Positions 36,092 through 45,723 of a stretch of DNA of 45,723 nt are shown in pieces (within the stretch, counting starts at the first letter, position 1; each line of letters begins with the position of its first letter). A program made the position numbers and the translations under genes. This stretch comes from Gammaproteobacteria bacterium (lineage in GTDB: Bacteria > Pseudomonadota > Gammaproteobacteria > Arenicellales > Poriferihabitantaceae), in the NCBI GenBank assembly GCA_022826305.1, contig JAJDVC010000024.1, forward strand, positions 1 through 45,723, written 5' to 3'. The notes beneath the pieces are model-generated. The model worked only from the letters and a program-made list of their open reading frames with translations, was not told the DNA's origin and searched no databases.

Positions 36092-37129
36092 TCATATGGA
36101 CGGTAGTGCGCTCCAGTACTGAGAAGGGGTGACCGTACCGGTGCGATGGCCGCGGGTATTGCAAACAGCCGGTGCAAAGTGGCAGGACAAGGCATCGTAC
36201 TCCGCATCGCTGATCGCGCCCAGCTTCTTCAGAAGCGCTCCCAGAACCACTGCGCTCGCCCTGCTCCCCCCATCATCGATCTTGATCGCCAGGCCAAGGC
36301 CAAGATCGGGCACAACACCGACATAGACTCCCTCCGCGCCGACCTTGACCAGAACCCGTCCGCCTGTCCGGCAGACGACATCCGTACAGCATCGTCCCGT
36401 ACCTGCCAGCATCAGGGGTGCTTCAGCAATCACGCGCAGGATCCTGGATATCGCCAGCCTGCGCGCTGAATCCCTGACAGCACGCGGACTGGCATACAGG
36501 GCACAGGCATGTGCCAGCGCCTCGAGCGGCATGCAGACCGCCGGCATGCCACAACCATCCTGCTCCCAGGGCAAGGCAGCGACATCCAGATCGACCAGCG
36601 ACGAAAAACTGGCCATCCAGGCCTGCTGCACGGCATGGCCGTGCCCGATATAGCCGGCAGTGCCCTTGTCGAGATGCCGGGCCATGGTCAGCATTCCCGC
36701 ATGTTTCCCGGAACAGGCCTGATGGAGGCTCGAAGGCGTTGCTCCGCATCGCACGAGTTCCCGCTTGCTGCACTTCGACAGGGGCATGGCCGGGCCATTC
36801 TCCAGGTCATCGACGCCCAGTCCGAGACCGTCAAGCCAGCGGGCAACCGTTTCGACATGAATCCGCTCACCACTGTGCGAAGCGCAGGCAAGCACGATTT
36901 CCGGGATGCCCAACCTGAAACGATCCGCCGCCCCCGACTCGATCAACGGCAGCGCCTGGAAAAACTTTATCGCCGACCTGGGATAAACATGGCGCCTGGC
37001 GTCCCCTGCCGAGAAAACCGTCTCCCCGCTGCCGTTAACCGCTACCACGCTGCCGCGGTGTGCGGATTCCGTAATGTCTCCACGGACCACTTCTGCCAGC
37101 ACGGGGTTGGAGTCGCCGGTATCCGACAT
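36092..37129 (-). CDS. Asparaginase-II family protein (L-asparaginase II-like)
   Basis: The ATG at 37129 is preceded by AGGAG, giving 345 aa. Family blocks are ESAHRGSVVAV, YPRSAIKFFQALPL, CASHSGE and CSGKHAGML. Confidence 0.75.
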   Translation of the reverse strand: MSDTGDSNPVLAEVVRGDITESAHRGSVVAVNGSGETVFSAGDARRHVYPRSAIKFFQALPLIESGAADRFRLGIPEIVLACASHSGERIHVETVARWLDGLGLGVDDLENGPAMPLSKCSKRELVRCGATPSSLHQACSGKHAGMLTMARHLDKGTAGYIGHGHAVQQAWMASFSSLVDLDVAALPWEQDGCGMPAVCMPLEALAHACALYASPRAVRDSARRLAISRILRVIAEAPLMLAGTGRCCTDVVCRTGGRVLVKVGAEGVYVGVVPDLGLGLAIKIDDGGSRASAVVLGALLKKLGAISDAEYDALSCHFAPAVCNTRGHRTGTVTPSQYWSALPSI

Positions 37130-37380
37130 CTCTTGCTCCTGTCTGTTGCTGTCGGCAACCGCACGCCGTCTTGCGGAGCAGGCGTCGCTGCGCGTCTGAT
37201 CCTCCACGGTTTCGGCACGAAGTTGCTGGCCGGATTGTATCAGGCACGATCACGGAACATCCAGCCTCCAGTCCGCCCATGCCGATTCCCTGATGGCCCG
37301 GCAGGAACCGGGATTTGCATATCTGCCGAATAGACAGTATAAATCCGCATACAGATCCTGAATCCACGCCGCGAGACCCC

Positions 37381-39120
37381 ATGCGCACCTCCGAGATCCT
37401 GCTTGCAACACTCAAGGAATCTCCTGCCGATGCAGAGGTCGTATCACACAAGCTGATGCTGCGGGCGGGAATGATCCGGCAAGTGGCCGCAGGCATCTAC
37501 AACTGGCTGCCGACCGGGATGCGCGTGCTGAACAAGGTACAGCGCATCGTCCGGGAGGAAATGGATCGTTCCGGCGCGCAGGAAGTGCTCCTTCCGGGCG
37601 TACAGCCGGCAATGCTCTGGCAGGAATCCGGACGGTGGGAGGAATATGGTCCGGAACTGCTGCGCCTTCAGGACCGGCACGGCCGGAATTTCTGCCTGGG
37701 GCCGACACATGAGGAGGTCATCACCGCGCTGGTCAGGAACGAAATTCGCAGTTATCGGCAACTGCCCCAGAACTACTACCAGATCCAGACCAAGTTCAGG
37801 GATGAGATCCGCCCCCGCTTCGGCATCATGCGCGGGCGCGAATTCATCATGAAGGATGCGTATTCATTCCACGCAAGCCTGGAGTCCCTGCAGCAGGCCT
37901 ATGACCTGATGCACTCCACCTACAGCGCGATCTTCAGGCGCATGGGACTCGAGTTCAGATCCGTATCCGCAGATTCGGGCACTATCGGGGGGGAAACCTC
38001 CCACGAGTTTCACGTTCTGGCGGACTCCGGAGAAGATGCAATCGCGTTTTCCAGCGGAAGCGACTATGCCGCCAACATCGATCTTGCGGAGGCAGTTGCC
38101 CCGGCGGCGGCAAGACGGAAACCGCAGCAGGAACTCAAGCTCGTCGACACACCGGGCATACGCACCATAAACGGGCTGGTGGAGAGTTTCCGGATTCCGA
38201 TCGAAAAGACCATAAAGACCCTTGTTGTTCACGCGTCCGAACAATGCTCCTGTCCCGTGGTTGCACTGCTGGTTCGCGGGGATCATCAACTGAATCCTGT
38301 CAAGGCGGAGAAACTAGAACTGGTGGCCTCTCCATTGCGCATGGCTGACGAATCCGAAATCCGCGACGCCATTGGTGCGGGCGCGGGGTCGCTCGGGCCG
38401 GTCAACCTTCCCGTACCGTGCATTGCAGATCACAGCGTTGCGGCACTGTCCGACTTCAGCGCCGGTGCGAATGTCGATGACAAGCACTACTTCGGGATCA
38501 ACTGGGAGCGGGACGTGGACTTGTGCCGGTCTGCGGATATCAGAAACATCGAGGCGGGAGATCCCAGCCCGGACGGACAGGGCCACATCACCATTGCCCG
38601 GGGCGTAGAGGTCGGGCATATCTTTCAGCTCGGCAGAAAGTACAGTACCGCACTGGATGCCAGGGTGCTTGATGAAACCGGAAAGGCGGTCGACATGTAC
38701 ATGGGCTGCTATGGAATCGGGGTGACCCGCGTAATCGCAGCGGCCATAGAACAGAACCATGATCAACAGGGCATCGTGTGGCCGGAATCCATTGCTCCCT
38801 GGCAAGTTGTCATCATCCCGATCGGGTTGCATGGCTCGCAGCAGGTCCGCGCGGCGGCCGCAGCAATCCATGATCAGCTTGCCGCGGCCGGACTCGAGGT
38901 GCTGCTGGATGATCGAAATGAAAGGCCCGGCGCGATGTTTGCCGATATGGAGTTGATCGGCATTCCGCACAGGATAGTCATCGGGGAACGGAGCCTTGCG
39001 CGTAATGTCGTGGAATACCGTCATCGCACAGGCAGTGAAGAGTGCGAGCTGAGTCTGGATAGCCTGGTCGGGGAACTGGGCAGGCGTCTTGAAGGTTCCG
39101 GTTGCTCGACAGCTGCATGA
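37381..39120 (+). CDS. proS: Prolyl-tRNA synthetase (bacterial type with INS editing domain)
   Basis: The ATG at 37381 gives [34 protein letters not shown], 579 aa. Class II motifs are present ([34 protein letters not shown]). Confidence 0.95.
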   Translation: MRTSEILLATLKESPADAEVVSHKLMLRAGMIRQVAAGIYNWLPTGMRVLNKVQRIVREEMDRSGAQEVLLPGVQPAMLWQESGRWEEYGPELLRLQDRHGRNFCLGPTHEEVITALVRNEIRSYRQLPQNYYQIQTKFRDEIRPRFGIMRGREFIMKDAYSFHASLESLQQAYDLMHSTYSAIFRRMGLEFRSVSADSGTIGGETSHEFHVLADSGEDAIAFSSGSDYAANIDLAEAVAPAAARRKPQQELKLVDTPGIRTINGLVESFRIPIEKTIKTLVVHASEQCSCPVVALLVRGDHQLNPVKAEKLELVASPLRMADESEIRDAIGAGAGSLGPVNLPVPCIADHSVAALSDFSAGANVDDKHYFGINWERDVDLCRSADIRNIEAGDPSPDGQGHITIARGVEVGHIFQLGRKYSTALDARVLDETGKAVDMYMGCYGIGVTRVIAAAIEQNHDQQGIVWPESIAPWQVVIIPIGLHGSQQVRAAAAAIHDQLAAAGLEVLLDDRNERPGAMFADMELIGIPHRIVIGERSLARNVVEYRHRTGSEECELSLDSLVGELGRRLEGSGCSTAA

Positions 39121-39283
39121 ATCGACAAATCACGCAATTGCCCTTTCAACAATGGTAGAATCGGCGCACACGGCAATTGGTCGGCCCGTCGTCTGGCTAC
39201 CGCCCGGGGAATCCAGCGTAGCGATTCCGAGGCGGGTCATGGTTCCGGGTAATCGAGCTTAAACAACACAGGAGAATAAACAC

Positions 39284-39496
39284 ATGTCAGGTGATTTGGT
39301 AACGGGGACCGTCAAGTGGTTCAATGATGCAAAGGGATTCGGATTTATCGAAATCGAGGGTCTGGAGGACATATTCGTGCATTACCGCGCCATAAACGGC
39401 TCCGGACGCAAGACATTGCGTGATGGACAGCAGGTGACGCTTGAGATCTCACGCGGCGAGAAGGGACTGCATGCCGGAAACGTGACCCCGATCTAG
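39284..39496 (+). CDS. cspA: Cold-shock protein, CspA family
   Basis: 70 aa with RNP1 KGFGFI and RNP2 VHY-type motifs. AGGAG Shine-Dalgarno sequence and a long (about 160 nt) upstream untranslated region. Confidence 0.93.
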   Translation: MSGDLVTGTVKWFNDAKGFGFIEIEGLEDIFVHYRAINGSGRKTLRDGQQVTLEISRGEKGLHAGNVTPI

Positions 39497-39540
39497 GGCG
39501 CGGCCGAAGCAGCCATCGGCACCAGGGCCGGTTCCGGCGG

Positions 39541-39562
39541 CTGCCTGCCAGGAGGCAGGCAG
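39541..39562. terminator. Perfect hairpin CTGCCTGCC-agga-GGCAGGCAG between convergent cspA and csaA
   Basis: 9-bp GC-rich stem with a 4-nt loop, read directly. It lies 45 nt after the cspA stop and 45 nt after the csaA stop. There is no strong U-tract. Confidence 0.5.
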
Positions 39563-39606
39563 TCGGAAGGTCGGTCGCTCTCCGGCAGAATCATTCCTGA
39601 AATACC

Positions 39607-39945
39607 TCAGGCGATCCGTGACCCGTTCCGGACCTTCCGTTCCGGAGTGAGTAACACAACTCCCGTTTCCTCAACTACTCCGAGAACCAGCACCTCGGAC
39701 CTGACACCTCCTATCCTGAGCGAAGGGAAGTTCGTCACGGCAATGACCTGCATGCCCGGCAGCGCATCCTGTGCATAATGATCCGTTAGCTGCGCAGAGG
39801 TTTTCCGGATGCCCATATCACTACCAAAATCGATCTCCATGACCCATGCAGGCTTCCTTGACTTCCTGTTCGGTTCGACGGACATCACGGTACCGACATG
39901 CATCTCCACCTTCAGAAAGTCGTCTGGTCCTATCCGGTCGCTCAT
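39607..39945 (-). CDS. csaA: tRNA-binding domain protein (CsaA/YgjH, EMAP-like OB fold)
   Basis: 112 aa: FLKVEMHVGTVMSVEP...AWVMEIDFG...QVIAVTNFPSLRIGGVRSEVLVLG. Confidence 0.85.
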   Translation of the reverse strand: MSDRIGPDDFLKVEMHVGTVMSVEPNRKSRKPAWVMEIDFGSDMGIRKTSAQLTDHYAQDALPGMQVIAVTNFPSLRIGGVRSEVLVLGVVEETGVVLLTPERKVRNGSRIA

Positions 39946-40001
39946 GATCTTTCAACAGACGGTGCACACCTGAATTCCGATCCTCGAGGGGGAACTGTCC
40001 C

Positions 40002-40616
40002 ATGCTGATAAATCTTTCCGGACTCAGTACACCGGATGTGTACTTTACCATGACTCAAACGATACTGCCCAGGCCCATAGCCTGGGTGTTGAGTGAAAAC
40101 GCGAACGGCAGCCTGAACCTTGCGCCGTTTTCCTACTTCAATGCCGTATCCAGCGACCCGCCCATGGTCATGTTCTCCATTGGCCTGCAGGACGACGGTT
40201 CCTTCAAGGATACCCTGACCAACCTGACGGAGCGGCCCGAGATGGTGATTCATATCGCCAGTTGTCACCAGCTCGCCGACCTGAACCTGAGCTCCGCGAC
40301 GCTTCCACCGGGCGTGTCCGAAGTGCAGGCCGGAGAACTGGACACCGCTGCGGTTGACGGTTTCCGACTGCCCCGCCTGTCCGATTGCAGGATTGCATTC
40401 ATGAGCAGGGTGGACAGTATCCAGCGCATCGGCAACAACCGCCAGCACATCGTATTCGCTGAAATCCACTCCGTTCATGTTTCGGACGACTGTGTCCAGC
40501 GCGACGAGCATGGCAGACTGGTGGTCCTTGCCGACAGAATCGAGCCGCTTGCACGACTCGGAGCCAGTCAATACGCGGCATTCGGGGACATCATGACCGC
40601 AAAACGCCCGGCCTGA
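40002..40616 (+). CDS. Flavin reductase family protein (FMN-binding split barrel)
   Basis: 204 aa with the typical signature RPIAWVLSENANGSLNLAPFSYFNAVSSDPPMVMFS. Confidence 0.82.
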   Translation: MLINLSGLSTPDVYFTMTQTILPRPIAWVLSENANGSLNLAPFSYFNAVSSDPPMVMFSIGLQDDGSFKDTLTNLTERPEMVIHIASCHQLADLNLSSATLPPGVSEVQAGELDTAAVDGFRLPRLSDCRIAFMSRVDSIQRIGNNRQHIVFAEIHSVHVSDDCVQRDEHGRLVVLADRIEPLARLGASQYAAFGDIMTAKRPA

Positions 40617-40695
40617 CCCTGCGGCCCGGACACCCCCGGGGGCGCGTCATCCCTGCCGGACAGGTTGCATATTCCCAGGGCTTGCACGGCATGGT

Positions 40696-41355
40696 TCACG
40701 CCTCCTGCAGAACAGCCTGTATTCTGGAGATCATGCGGCCCGGACAATTGTAATCCACCGCGATCGGATGGTTCCTGCCCTGGTTACGCAGCAGGACGCC
40801 TGGAAATCCTGAAACTCCAAGGGATCTGGAAAGGTCGATTTCCCGTTCGAGTACCTTCCTGGTCCGTTCGGAATGGAAATCCGTGCAGAATCGCTCCACA
40901 TCAAGCCCCACGGAACCTGCCACATCAATCAGAACCGTGTCGTCGGATGGATTCCTTGCCTCCAGATAGTACGCTTTCTGGATACCGAGGGTCATTGACC
41001 TGTCCCATGATTCACCCTGGTTCCGGGCAGCGATTACTGCCCGGCAGGCAGGAAACGTCGATCTCCTTGGTGTACACGCTTTCCAGAAGTCGTGATTGAA
41101 CCGGGTACCCGGCACCTCTCTCTCGATGACCCTCCAGATGCCGGAGAGATGGCGCCGCATGGCTTCGGGCATCGGGTCGGTGGTATCCGGGGCCAGCCCC
41201 CCGACCATGCTGTACAGTTTCAGGTTGTCCGGCAACCGGGAGACAAGCTGTTCAAGCGACGGGCGGAATGCCCAGCACCAGCTGCACATGGGATCGTGAA
41301 CATAGATCAATCCATCCCTGATCGGTGTTCCACCGTGCGCTTCGGAAAACATCAT
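40696..41355 (-). CDS. DsbA-family thioredoxin-fold protein (CSWC active site)
   Basis: The ATG at 41355 gives 219 aa, with YVHDPMCSWCWAF near the N-terminus. The track start at 41409 is TTG and is less likely. Confidence 0.75.
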   Translation of the reverse strand: MMFSEAHGGTPIRDGLIYVHDPMCSWCWAFRPSLEQLVSRLPDNLKLYSMVGGLAPDTTDPMPEAMRRHLSGIWRVIEREVPGTRFNHDFWKACTPRRSTFPACRAVIAARNQGESWDRSMTLGIQKAYYLEARNPSDDTVLIDVAGSVGLDVERFCTDFHSERTRKVLEREIDLSRSLGVSGFPGVLLRNQGRNHPIAVDYNCPGRMISRIQAVLQEA

Positions 41356-41485
41356 GACCCCCTGCCGTGCGTGGACCAGCGGGCATGTACAAGCCACATA
41401 GATGTGCAACCGCGAACCTGCTCGGACATGCGGACGCGGTCCGGATACCGATGACAGGGTTCCTTGACATCAAACCGGGCCTGCA

Positions 41486-42076
41486 TCATTTCTTCCTGGC
41501 AAGAATGAAACTGGTCGCTGGCGCATCACCCGTCAATCCGGCCCGCTCCCGATCGGATATCAGGATATCCATTGCACTGAACGCATCATCCAGTTCCCCG
41601 TGTTCCAGCACATAGCCGGGATTGAACCCGGATCTCTTCTCGAGGAAATTCCGGTTGAAGGTCTTGTAGAAAAGCAGTCCCCCGGGTTTCAGCCAGTTGA
41701 CCAGTTCGGGGAAAATCGACCGGTTGAGGTACCGGACGACTGAAATCATGTCAAAGGACTGTTCGGGGAATCGGTAGCTTTCCAGATCACACACCATGCA
41801 ATAAACCGGCCATGCACGCTTTCTGGCAGAGGCAGCGCAGGGAGACAGGCCATTGATCGCGAGGTCACAGGCGATTACCTTGTAGCCCACGGTCGCAAGA
41901 TACAGGGCATTGTTTCCCCTGCCTGCTGCAGCCTCAAGCGCGAGGCCCCTGCCGTCCAACAACGCCTGGTACGCAAGCAATTCCGGTTCCGCTTCGGGCT
42001 CCGGACCATGGGTGCAGAAACTCGTATCATCGTACTTGCGATTCCACCGCACAGCATCCGGGTTGGCACAAGCCAC
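41486..42076 (-). CDS. TehB-like class I SAM-dependent methyltransferase
   Basis: SAM motif LEAAAGRGNNALYLATVGYKVIACD aligns with the TehB LDLGCGNGRNSLYLA pattern. The GTG at 42076 lies 1 nt after the moeA stop. The track TTG start at 42154 would overlap moeA by 77 nt. The start is uncertain. Confidence 0.7.
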   Translation of the reverse strand: MACANPDAVRWNRKYDDTSFCTHGPEPEAEPELLAYQALLDGRGLALEAAAGRGNNALYLATVGYKVIACDLAINGLSPCAASARKRAWPVYCMVCDLESYRFPEQSFDMISVVRYLNRSIFPELVNWLKPGGLLFYKTFNRNFLEKRSGFNPGYVLEHGELDDAFSAMDILISDRERAGLTGDAPATSFILARKK

Positions 42077-42077
42077 T

Positions 42078-43364
42078 TCAGATACCCTGGTCAAACGGCT
42101 GCACCTCGACCCACTCTCCCGATGACACGCCATCGGAATCATCCGGCAGGACAATGAAACAATTGGCCTGGGACATGGACTTCAGTATTCCCGAACCCTG
42201 GCTCCCCGTGGTGCGGACCATGGTTTCGCCGGACTGGTCGACGAACATCACGCCGCGCTGGAATTCCATTCTTCCCGGGCGTTTCCGAAGATCGGTGGCA
42301 ACACGCAGCTTCAGGCGCAACGGCATGACCCGGCTTTGGCCCGAAAGCCGTCGGATCGCCGGCAGGACAAATACCAGAAAGGTGACCATGACCGAAACGG
42401 GATTTCCGGGCAGCCCGAAGAACAGGGCTTCGCCCAGCTTTCCGAAAGACAGGGGACGACCGGGCTTGATGGCAACCTTCCAGAAGTCGACCCGGCCCAT
42501 CGTCTTCAGTATCCCGGCAATATAATCCGCATCACCAACAGAGGCGCCTGCAGAGGTGATCACCATGTCCGCTTCCCCCGCCGCACTGATGAGCGTATCA
42601 TGTATCAGATTCGGGTCATCCGCCACCAATCCGTGGTCCACGATCTCCGCCCCCGACCTTTTCAGCATGCTGAAAAGCGTGTAACGGTTGGAATCGTACA
42701 CCTCGCCAGGCGAAAGCGGAGTGCCAACGGCGCGCAACTCGTCCCCGTTAGAGAAAAACGCCACCTTCGGTCTGCGTATCACCTCGATTTCGGGGAAACC
42801 CATCGAGGCCAGCAGCCCCATTTGCGAAGCGCCAATCCGCGTGCCTGCCGGAATGACGACATCACCTGCACGAATATCCTCGCCGGCATGACGTACATTC
42901 GCTCCCCGCTTCTCTCCGGGCCGGACGACAATCCTGTTTCCGCTCGTTCTCGTACGTTCCTGCATGACCACGGAGTCGGCGCCTTCGGGCATGACGGCAC
43001 CAGTCATGATGCGTACGCACTGCTCGCTGCCGACACGGCCTGGAAACGGGGCGCCGGCAAAGGCAGAACCCACGACTTCGAACGCCCTGTCGCCAGCCCT
43101 CGGAAGATCATCTCCCGACAGGGCGTATCCATCCATTGCGGAGTTCGTGTGATTCGGCACATCCCGGGGACTGGCAATATCGTGCCCGACCGTCCTGCCC
43201 AGGCTGGCGCGCAGGGATACGGACTCAACAACCTGGAGGGGGGAGACGGTCTCCAGGATGACCTCCATCGCCCGTGCAACGGTAATCGACGACGGGTCCG
43301 CATCACAGGTAACCGGACCTGCCACGGGGGGTACGGACATGTCGCTCTCAGCTGCCCTGTTCAT
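42078..43364 (-). CDS. moeA: Molybdopterin molybdenumtransferase MoeA
   Basis: 428 aa with [14 protein letters not shown]-like/[10 protein letters not shown] and GLPGNPVS motifs. The ATG at 43364 overlaps moaC by 17 nt; an alternative ATG is at 43340. Confidence 0.9.
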   Translation of the reverse strand: MNRAAESDMSVPPVAGPVTCDADPSSITVARAMEVILETVSPLQVVESVSLRASLGRTVGHDIASPRDVPNHTNSAMDGYALSGDDLPRAGDRAFEVVGSAFAGAPFPGRVGSEQCVRIMTGAVMPEGADSVVMQERTRTSGNRIVVRPGEKRGANVRHAGEDIRAGDVVIPAGTRIGASQMGLLASMGFPEIEVIRRPKVAFFSNGDELRAVGTPLSPGEVYDSNRYTLFSMLKRSGAEIVDHGLVADDPNLIHDTLISAAGEADMVITSAGASVGDADYIAGILKTMGRVDFWKVAIKPGRPLSFGKLGEALFFGLPGNPVSVMVTFLVFVLPAIRRLSGQSRVMPLRLKLRVATDLRKRPGRMEFQRGVMFVDQSGETMVRTTGSQGSGILKSMSQANCFIVLPDDSDGVSSGEWVEVQPFDQGI

Positions 43365-43848
43365 CCTGCCGGTCCCACGTGCCGGATCTGCCGCCAGCCT
43401 TGTGCATCAGCCTGACTGAAGTGATCTCCATCCCCCGGTCAACCGCCTTGCACATGTCATAAACCGTGAGCAGGGCAACCTGAACCGCGGTCAGCGCCTC
43501 CATCTCCACTCCCGTTCTCTCCATGGTACGGACCGTTACCCGGCAGACCAGCGCCGTTGCCGCATGATCAGGATGGAATTCGATATCCACATTGGTCAGC
43601 ATCAGGGGATGACACAAGGGAATCAGATCAGATGTCTTTTTCGACGCCATGATGCCCGCCGTTCTGGCGATTCCGAGCACGTCCCCTTTGCCGCTCCCAC
43701 CTGAGCGGATCATCTCAAGCGTCCCGGGAGACATCACGATACGCCCTTCCGCGACTGCGGTACGCGCTGTAACAGCCTTGTCGCCGATATCGACCATGTG
43801 CACCTCGCCTGTCTTGTTGAAGTGCGTAAACCCGGGCCTGGAGGCCAT
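43348..43848 (-). CDS. moaC: Cyclic pyranopterin monophosphate synthase MoaC
   Basis: 166 aa: LTHF-like [56 protein letters not shown]. Confidence 0.93.
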   Translation of the reverse strand: MASRPGFTHFNKTGEVHMVDIGDKAVTARTAVAEGRIVMSPGTLEMIRSGGSGKGDVLGIARTAGIMASKKTSDLIPLCHPLMLTNVDIEFHPDHAATALVCRVTVRTMERTGVEMEALTAVQVALLTVYDMCKAVDRGMEITSVRLMHKAGGRSGTWDRQDEQGS

Positions 43849-43932
43849 GCTGCAAGCTCATTCAATGGAACCCGGATATTGTAGTGTTGTATCCTGCATA
43901 ATGAAACAGAACGATTTTCCGGAGGCAGATCG

Positions 43933-45102
43933 GTGCATGGAGATTCCATCCTGACCACCATTTTCCTGGTATTCGGCGGAGCCGCCGTACTCGCCACACT
44001 TGCCATCTCCCTGAGACAGGCCCTGATCGTCGCCTATCTGCTTGTCGGCGCGATTCTCGGTCCCTGGGGCATGGGATGGGTCACCGACCCGGAACTGATC
44101 CAGGACATCGCCCGTACCGGCATCATCTTTCTCCTGTTTCTGCTGGGACTTGACCTTTCGCCCCAGAAACTGCTCCAGCTGTTTCGCGAGACCACATCCG
44201 TGACCATCCTGAGCATGCTCATGTTCGCCAGTCTGGCGGGAGTCGTCGGCTGGCTGTTCGGCGTCGGCTTGGCCGACATGCTGGTAATCGGCATCTGCGC
44301 TGCATTCTCGAGCACCATAGTGGGGCTCAGGCTGTTGCCCACGACAGTGCTCCACCACCGTCACACGGGAGAGGTGATCATCAGTATCCTGTTGCTTCAG
44401 GACCTGATTGCGATCCTCGTGATTCTCATACTGAACGGTATCGGAAACGGTGAAGTGCCGTTCGCAGAGGTTCTGCGCACGCTGATCTCGCTGCCCCTGC
44501 TGGGTCTCGTCGCCTGGGCAGGCCATCGATTCATCATCCTGTACCTGTTCCGGAAATTCGATCGTATCCAGGAGTACGTATTCGTGCTGAGCATCGGCTG
44601 GTGCCTGGCCCTGGCACAACTGGCCCATAGTGCCGGCCTGTCCTACGAGATCGGAGCCTTTGTTGCCGGTGTAGCCATCGCAACCAGTCCGATGGCCCTC
44701 CACATCGCAGAAAGCTTCAAGCCGATACGGGACTTTTTCCTGATCATGTTCTTTTTCGGTCTCGGGGCCGGGTTCGACATTTCCGCAGCCCGGGAAGTGA
44801 TCCTTCCTGCAGCAATCATCGCTCTTGGCCTGCTGGTACTGAAGCCCGTGACATTCCACTATCTGCTGGCCCGGCAGTCCGAGCCAGGCACGCTGTCCCG
44901 GGAAATCGGGGTCCGGCTGGGTCAGATGAGCGAATTCTCCCTGCTGATCGTCTTTGTGGCACAACAGAACCGGATCATTGCATCCGAAACGTTCCATATC
45001 GTCCAGCTGGCAACCATCATCTCCCTCATCCTGTCCGTGTACCATATAGTCGCCAAATATCCGACCCCCGTCAGCCTGAATGACGACTTGCGCAGGGACT
45101 AG
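43933..45102 (+). CDS. Cation:proton antiporter, CPA2 family membrane domain (Kef-like, no RCK domain)
   Basis: GTG start preceded by GGAGG. The 389-aa polytopic protein has LVGAILGPWGMG and FLLFLLGLDLS motifs. The 417-aa antisense ORF is low-complexity and was rejected. Confidence 0.82.
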   Translation: MHGDSILTTIFLVFGGAAVLATLAISLRQALIVAYLLVGAILGPWGMGWVTDPELIQDIARTGIIFLLFLLGLDLSPQKLLQLFRETTSVTILSMLMFASLAGVVGWLFGVGLADMLVIGICAAFSSTIVGLRLLPTTVLHHRHTGEVIISILLLQDLIAILVILILNGIGNGEVPFAEVLRTLISLPLLGLVAWAGHRFIILYLFRKFDRIQEYVFVLSIGWCLALAQLAHSAGLSYEIGAFVAGVAIATSPMALHIAESFKPIRDFFLIMFFFGLGAGFDISAAREVILPAAIIALGLLVLKPVTFHYLLARQSEPGTLSREIGVRLGQMSEFSLLIVFVAQQNRIIASETFHIVQLATIISLILSVYHIVAKYPTPVSLNDDLRRD

Positions 45103-45125
45103 CCCGAACATTGCATGAGCAAGGA

Positions 45126-45190
45126 GGGTGGAATCTCCGTTATGTGATATAATTCAATCAGTTAAAACAGAATTACCGGAGCTTCCACCC
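45126..45190 (+). promoter_or_regulatory. Imperfect 14-bp inverted repeat flanking an AT-rich loop with an extended -10 box (TGATATAAT), immediately upstream of the transposase ATG
   Basis: The arms GGGTGGAATCTCCG (45126-45139) and CGGAGCTTCCACCC (45177-45190) pair with one mismatch. TATAAT is at 45148-45153, preceded by TG-n. The right arm contains the GGAG ribosome-binding site. Confidence 0.4.
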
Positions 45191-45723
45191 ATGACACATG
45201 GTACCCGCAGAACGATCCGATTTTCAAGACGCAGACGGCGCAAGGTCGAAGCCGATTTCACCGGCGGCGCCATCACCGGCAACGGCGGGGTGATGCTGGT
45301 GAGCGAACAGGACCGCCGACTCGGTCTGAGCGCCCGGATCGCCCGGTTGCTCGACGATCCCCGCCGGCAGGCGAGTTGCCGGCACGGCAAGCTGACTCTG
45401 CTGCGTCAGCGGCTGCATGCCCTGTGCCTGGGTCATGAGGACCTGAACGATCACGACGAGCTGCGCCACGATGAGGCGCTGCAGACGGCGGTTGACCGGG
45501 ACACGACGCTGGCGAGCGCGTTGACGCCGTGCCGGTTCGAGTCGCAGGCGGAGCGTTCCTGGATGGTATCGATCCATGAGGTGCTGCTGGAGTTGTTCAT
45601 CGAGTCGTTCAGGGAAGCACCCGGGGAACTGATCCCGGATTTCGATGCCACGGATGACCGGGTGCATGGCAACCAGGCGGGGCGAGCCTGTCACGGATAT
45701 TATCGCAGCCACTGCTTCCTGCC
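45191..45723 (+). mobile_element. IS1380-family transposase gene, 5' part (runs off the window end)
   Basis: My own translation from the ATG at 45191 is MTHGTRRTIRFSRRRRRKVEADFTGGAITGNGGVMLVSEQDRRLGL...LGHEDLNDHDELRHD...DFDATDDRVHGNQAGRACHGYYRSHCFLP. The frame is open to the window edge. It matches the IS1380-type N-terminus and the DxDxTDDxxHGxQ...HGYY..xCxLP block. It is absent from the ORF track because there is no stop in the window. Confidence 0.65.

Noticed and set aside
34950-36164. 404-aa minus-strand ORF
   Set aside because: It is antisense to ltaE, which has clear threonine-aldolase motifs.
43858-45111. 417-aa minus-strand ORF
   Set aside because: It is antisense to the CPA2 antiporter gene. 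The sequence is acidic, Gln/Gly/His-rich and low-complexity.
45224-45712. 162-aa minus-strand ORF at the right edge
   Set aside because: It is antisense to the IS1380-type transposase reading frame, which has family-specific motifs.

Overview
GC-rich, densely coding chromosomal segment. Gene content suggests a proteobacterium, probably a gammaproteobacterium. Most genes are on the minus strand. All product calls come from reading the supplied translations and the DNA by eye; no BLAST or HMM search was run. Many ORF-track entries are over-extended at the N-terminus or start on GTG/TTG, so I re-picked starts using internal ATG/GTG codons, Shine-Dalgarno sequences and neighbour stop codons.

Housekeeping content:
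- class-III aminotransferase and gcdH
- a DUF971-ubiE-ubiJ-ubiB operon
- hemB, adk, cysQ, zapE
- a FAH-family hydrolase, metA, uppP, a MidA-like methyltransferase
- a pteridine-reductase-like SDR, dsbB, a UDG-family gene
- ltaE, an asparaginase-II-family gene, proS, cspA, csaA
- a flavin reductase, a DsbA-like gene, a TehB-like methyltransferase
- moaC and moeA, and a CPA2 antiporter

Accessory or unusual content:
1. A tightly overlapping 10-gene operon (26042-34467, minus strand). It encodes a non-canonical Mrp-type membrane module in the order E-F-G-B-C-D-D-small-D, with no MrpA-type fusion. It ends in a translationally coupled Rieske non-heme-iron oxygenase. This is the best candidate for an undescribed system.
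2. An MpaB-like oxygenase / FAD oxidoreductase / MMPL-RND exporter operon, preceded by a 15-nt homopolymer tract.
3. A decayed type I restriction-modification locus (hsdM and hsdS remnants) that still carries an intact HEPN/MNT toxin-antitoxin pair.
4. A frameshifted AAA-ATPase pseudogene.
5. An adenylate kinase with a long Lys/Arg-rich C-terminal tail.
6. The 5' end of an IS1380-family element running off the right edge of the window.

No rRNA, tRNA or CRISPR array was recognised.
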